Part shown: in pieces, positions 1 to 520 of the stretch
Numbering within the stretch: position 1 is the stretch's first letter
Layout: the number at the start of each line of letters is the position of its first letter
DNA from: Candidatus Hydrogenedens sp.
GTDB lineage: Bacteria > Hydrogenedentota > Hydrogenedentia > Hydrogenedentales > Hydrogenedentaceae
Assembly: GCA_049968235.1 (NCBI GenBank)
Contig: JBMFRC010000063.1
Span: forward strand, 1 to 520
Direction: 5' to 3'
DNA length: 520 bases
Translations under genes and position numbers: made by a program
Notes under the pieces: model-generated
The model's input: only the letters and a program-made list of their open reading frames with translations
Told to the model about the DNA's origin: nothing
The model's database searches: none

Positions 1-32
1 CCATAAGATTACTGCTTTACCTTATTAAACAT

Positions 33-245
33 ATGAATTATAACGACCTTACAGTTTTTATTGATACTAAAAAGGTTTTAGAAGACTTAGGAATAAAAAA
101 AGCTACATATCACTTATGGAAGAAAAAGTTAATAAAAGAAGGATACATAGAAAAAGTAAATCCATATGTTTATAAAATAAAGCCTTACAGTTTTATAAAG
201 GGAAATATGAAAAACACTTTAGAAAACGAGATAGGATTAAATTAA
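33..245 (+). CDS. Small (70 aa), lysine-rich helix-turn-helix DNA-binding protein; excisionase/AlpA-like or plasmid/phage regulatory protein. The 5' end is uncertain and the frame is open to the window edge.
   Basis: Only ORF in the six-frame track. It runs from ATG at 33-35 to TAA at 243-245. Codon usage matches the local AT-rich composition (AAA, TTA, ATA, GAA; Trp as TGG). Residues about 13-35 (KKVLEDLGIKKATYHLWKKKLIKEGYI) fit a helix-turn-helix pattern of helix, G-containing turn and recognition helix, followed by a Y/K-rich wing-like segment (EKVNPYVYKIKPYSF). The protein is basic overall. There is no GGAGG-like RBS upstream, and no in-frame stop between position 3 and 33, so the gene may start upstream of the window. 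Confidence 0.6.
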   Translation: MNYNDLTVFIDTKKVLEDLGIKKATYHLWKKKLIKEGYIEKVNPYVYKIKPYSFIKGNMKNTLENEIGLN

Positions 246-265
246 GATTTTTTTTTGACAGTCAA
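236..265 (-). promoter_or_regulatory. Speculative minus-strand sigma70-like promoter: -35 TTGACT (plus coordinates 260-265), 18-bp spacer, -10 TTTAAT (plus coordinates 236-241). It would be antisense to the ORF.
   Basis: Hexamers read on the reverse complement, each matching consensus at 5 of 6 positions. In DNA this AT-rich such matches arise easily by chance. Confidence 0.15.
246..262 (+). repeat. Copy 1 of the recurring motif GAT-T(9)-GAC-AGT, overlapping the palindrome.
   Basis: gatttttttttgacagt. It shares the pattern GA + T-run + 2-3 nt + AGT with 377-391 and 481-494, and is followed by an A8 tract. Confidence 0.5.
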
Positions 266-271
266 AAAAAA
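249..271. repeat. Perfect palindrome TTTTTTTT-GAC-A-GTC-AAAAAAAA with 11-bp arms, placed 3 nt after the stop codon. Candidate dimeric operator; possibly a weak bidirectional A/U-rich hairpin.
   Basis: Read directly from the sequence: T249-T256, GAC 257-259, A260, GTC 261-263, A264-A271. The reverse complement of the left arm equals the right arm. The stem would be almost entirely A:T pairs. It contains TTGACA at 255-260. Confidence 0.7.
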
Positions 272-310
272 CGGCTTTTAGATGCTATAAAAGATAAAAT
301 AAAAAAATAA

Positions 311-373
311 AATAAAGTTTATCAATTATTTAATTAAGTTAATTAAAGTTAAAATAAGTAAAGAATTGATAAA
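311..373 (+). repeat. Direct repeat copy 1 (about 60 bp), bounded by 10-bp inverted termini TTTATCAATT (318-327) and AATTGATAAA (364-373) with a 36-bp spacer. Candidate iteron or protein-binding unit.
   Basis: Core 318-342 tttatcaattatttaattaagttaa matches 408-432 with 1 mismatch in 25. The flanking 343-370 matches 433-460 at 23 of 28 positions, with no gaps. The terminal inverted repeat is perfect over 10 bp. The internal 333-352 holds a roughly 10-bp tandem (ATTAAGTTAA / TTAAAGTTAA). Confidence 0.7.
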
Positions 374-392
374 AGAGATTTTTTTAATAGTG
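374..392 (+). repeat. Copy 2 of the T-run motif: AGAGATTTTTTTA-ATAGTG, followed by an A8 tract (393-400).
   Basis: The 13-bp string agagattttttta at 374-386 is identical to 478-490. The arrangement of T7, short spacer, then A8 mimics the palindrome at 249-271 but with a degenerate centre. Confidence 0.5.
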
Positions 393-399
393 AAAAAAA

Positions 400-461
400 A
401 ATAAATCTTTATCAATTATTTAGTTAAGTTAAATAAAGAAAAAATAAATAAAAAATTGATT
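400..461 (+). repeat. Direct repeat copy 2, in 90-bp register with copy 1. Termini TTTATCAATT (408-417) and AATTGAT (454-460), again with a 36-bp spacer.
   Basis: tttatcaattatttagttaagttaa at 408-432 against 318-342, with one A/G difference. Upstream, aataaa at 400-405 matches 311-316. The terminal inverted-repeat spacing is the same as in copy 1. A third partial core, tttatcaat, begins at 469-477; it forms a 6-bp-arm inverted repeat (ATTGAT 455-460 / ATCAAT 472-477, 11-bp spacer) with the right terminus of copy 2. Confidence 0.7.
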
Positions 462-477
462 TAAGTTATTTATCAAT

Positions 478-494
478 AGAGATTTTTTTACAGT
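478..494 (+). repeat. Copy 3 of the T-run motif: AGAGATTTTTTTA-CAGT, followed by (TA)7 instead of an A8 tract.
   Basis: agagattttttta at 478-490 is identical to 374-386. CAGT at 491-494 matches the CAGT at 259-262 in copy 1. Confidence 0.5.
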
Positions 495-507
495 ATATAT
501 ATATATA
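494..507. repeat. (TA)7 dinucleotide microsatellite.
   Basis: tatatatatatata read directly at 494-507, immediately after T-run motif copy 3 and 10 nt before an ATG at 518-520. Confidence 0.8.
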
Positions 508-520
508 AGATAAGAATATG

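Noticed and set aside
60-65. ATTGAT hexamer inside the ORF as an additional binding box related to the downstream TTATCAAT/ATTGAT boxes.
   Set aside because: It is a single 6-mer within coding sequence, lacking the flanking TT/AA extension seen in the intergenic boxes. This is most likely a chance occurrence.
249-283. Classical rho-independent terminator for the upstream ORF.
   Set aside because: The stem would be almost entirely A:U pairs with only a GAC/GUC core, and the loop is only 1-3 nt. The downstream U-run (CUUUU at 275-279) is short and separated by ACGG. A weak bidirectional hairpin is possible, but it does not meet the usual GC-rich-stem plus U-tract criteria, so a protein-binding palindrome seems more likely.
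255-291. Plus-strand sigma70 promoter using the perfect TTGACA at 255-260.
   Set aside because: No acceptable -10 hexamer lies at a 16-19 bp spacing. TTTAGA at 277-282 is poor, and TATAAA at 286-291 is 25 bp away.
319-327. DnaA box (TTATCAATT vs consensus TTATCCACA), recurring at 319-327 and 409-417, and at 364-372 in reverse.
   Set aside because: Only 6 of 9 positions match the consensus, and the three mismatches include positions normally conserved. In 86%-AT DNA such partial matches are expected by chance. A chromosomal oriC cannot be called from this alone, though a replicon-specific initiator site remains possible.
311-461. CRISPR array (two 25-bp repeats separated by about 65 bp).
   Set aside because: There are only two copies. 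The would-be spacers are themselves 23 of 28 similar between units, so they are not unique spacers. The repeat periodicity (90 bp) and repeat length do not fit typical 28-37 bp repeats with 30-40 bp spacers. The repeat is AT-only with terminal inverted boxes, which is more like an iteron or binding-site array.
518-520. Start of a downstream gene at the terminal ATG.
   Set aside because: Only three nucleotides are visible, there is no clear RBS (aagataagaat), and the sequence beyond the window is unknown. This cannot be supported.
1-520. tRNA, rRNA or structured ncRNA genes, and additional ORFs on the minus strand.
   Set aside because: The six-frame track shows no other ORFs. The non-coding part is too AT-rich, at about 14% GC, and too repetitive to form a cloverleaf or other GC-supported RNA structure. 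No conserved RNA motifs were recognised.

Overview
Very AT-rich 520-bp window, roughly 24% GC in the ORF and 14% GC downstream by hand count, with two parts. (1) Positions 33-245 (+) carry one small ORF of 70 aa. It encodes a lysine-rich protein with a recognisable helix-turn-helix pattern (KVLEDLGIKKATYHLWKKKLIKEGYI), the size and layout of excisionase/AlpA-like or plasmid/phage regulatory DNA-binding proteins. It has no Shine-Dalgarno sequence, and its reading frame is open all the way to the 5' edge of the window, so the true start may lie upstream. (2) Positions 246-520 form a non-coding, repeat-dense region with at least three layers of structure. First, a perfect 23-bp palindrome T8-GAC-A-GTC-A8 sits 3 nt after the stop codon and contains a consensus TTGACA hexamer. 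Second, a GAT-T(7-9)-NN(N)-AGT motif recurs three times, at 246, 377 and 481, and delimits higher-order units of about 131 and 104 bp. Third, a roughly 60-bp imperfect direct repeat in 90-bp register occupies 311-373 and 400-461. Each copy is bounded by inverted termini TTTATCAATT / AATTGATAAA separated by exactly 36 bp, and a third partial copy begins at 469. The window ends with a (TA)7 dinucleotide tract (494-507) and an ATG at 518-520. The arrangement of a small HTH gene followed by A-tracts, phased repeats with inverted-repeat boxes and a TA tract looks most like a cis-acting site of a mobile replicon in a low-GC host. Candidate roles are an iteron-type origin, a centromere-like partition site, or an att/arm-site region next to an Xis-like gene. 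I cannot confirm homology without a database search, and nothing here is a recognisable named system.
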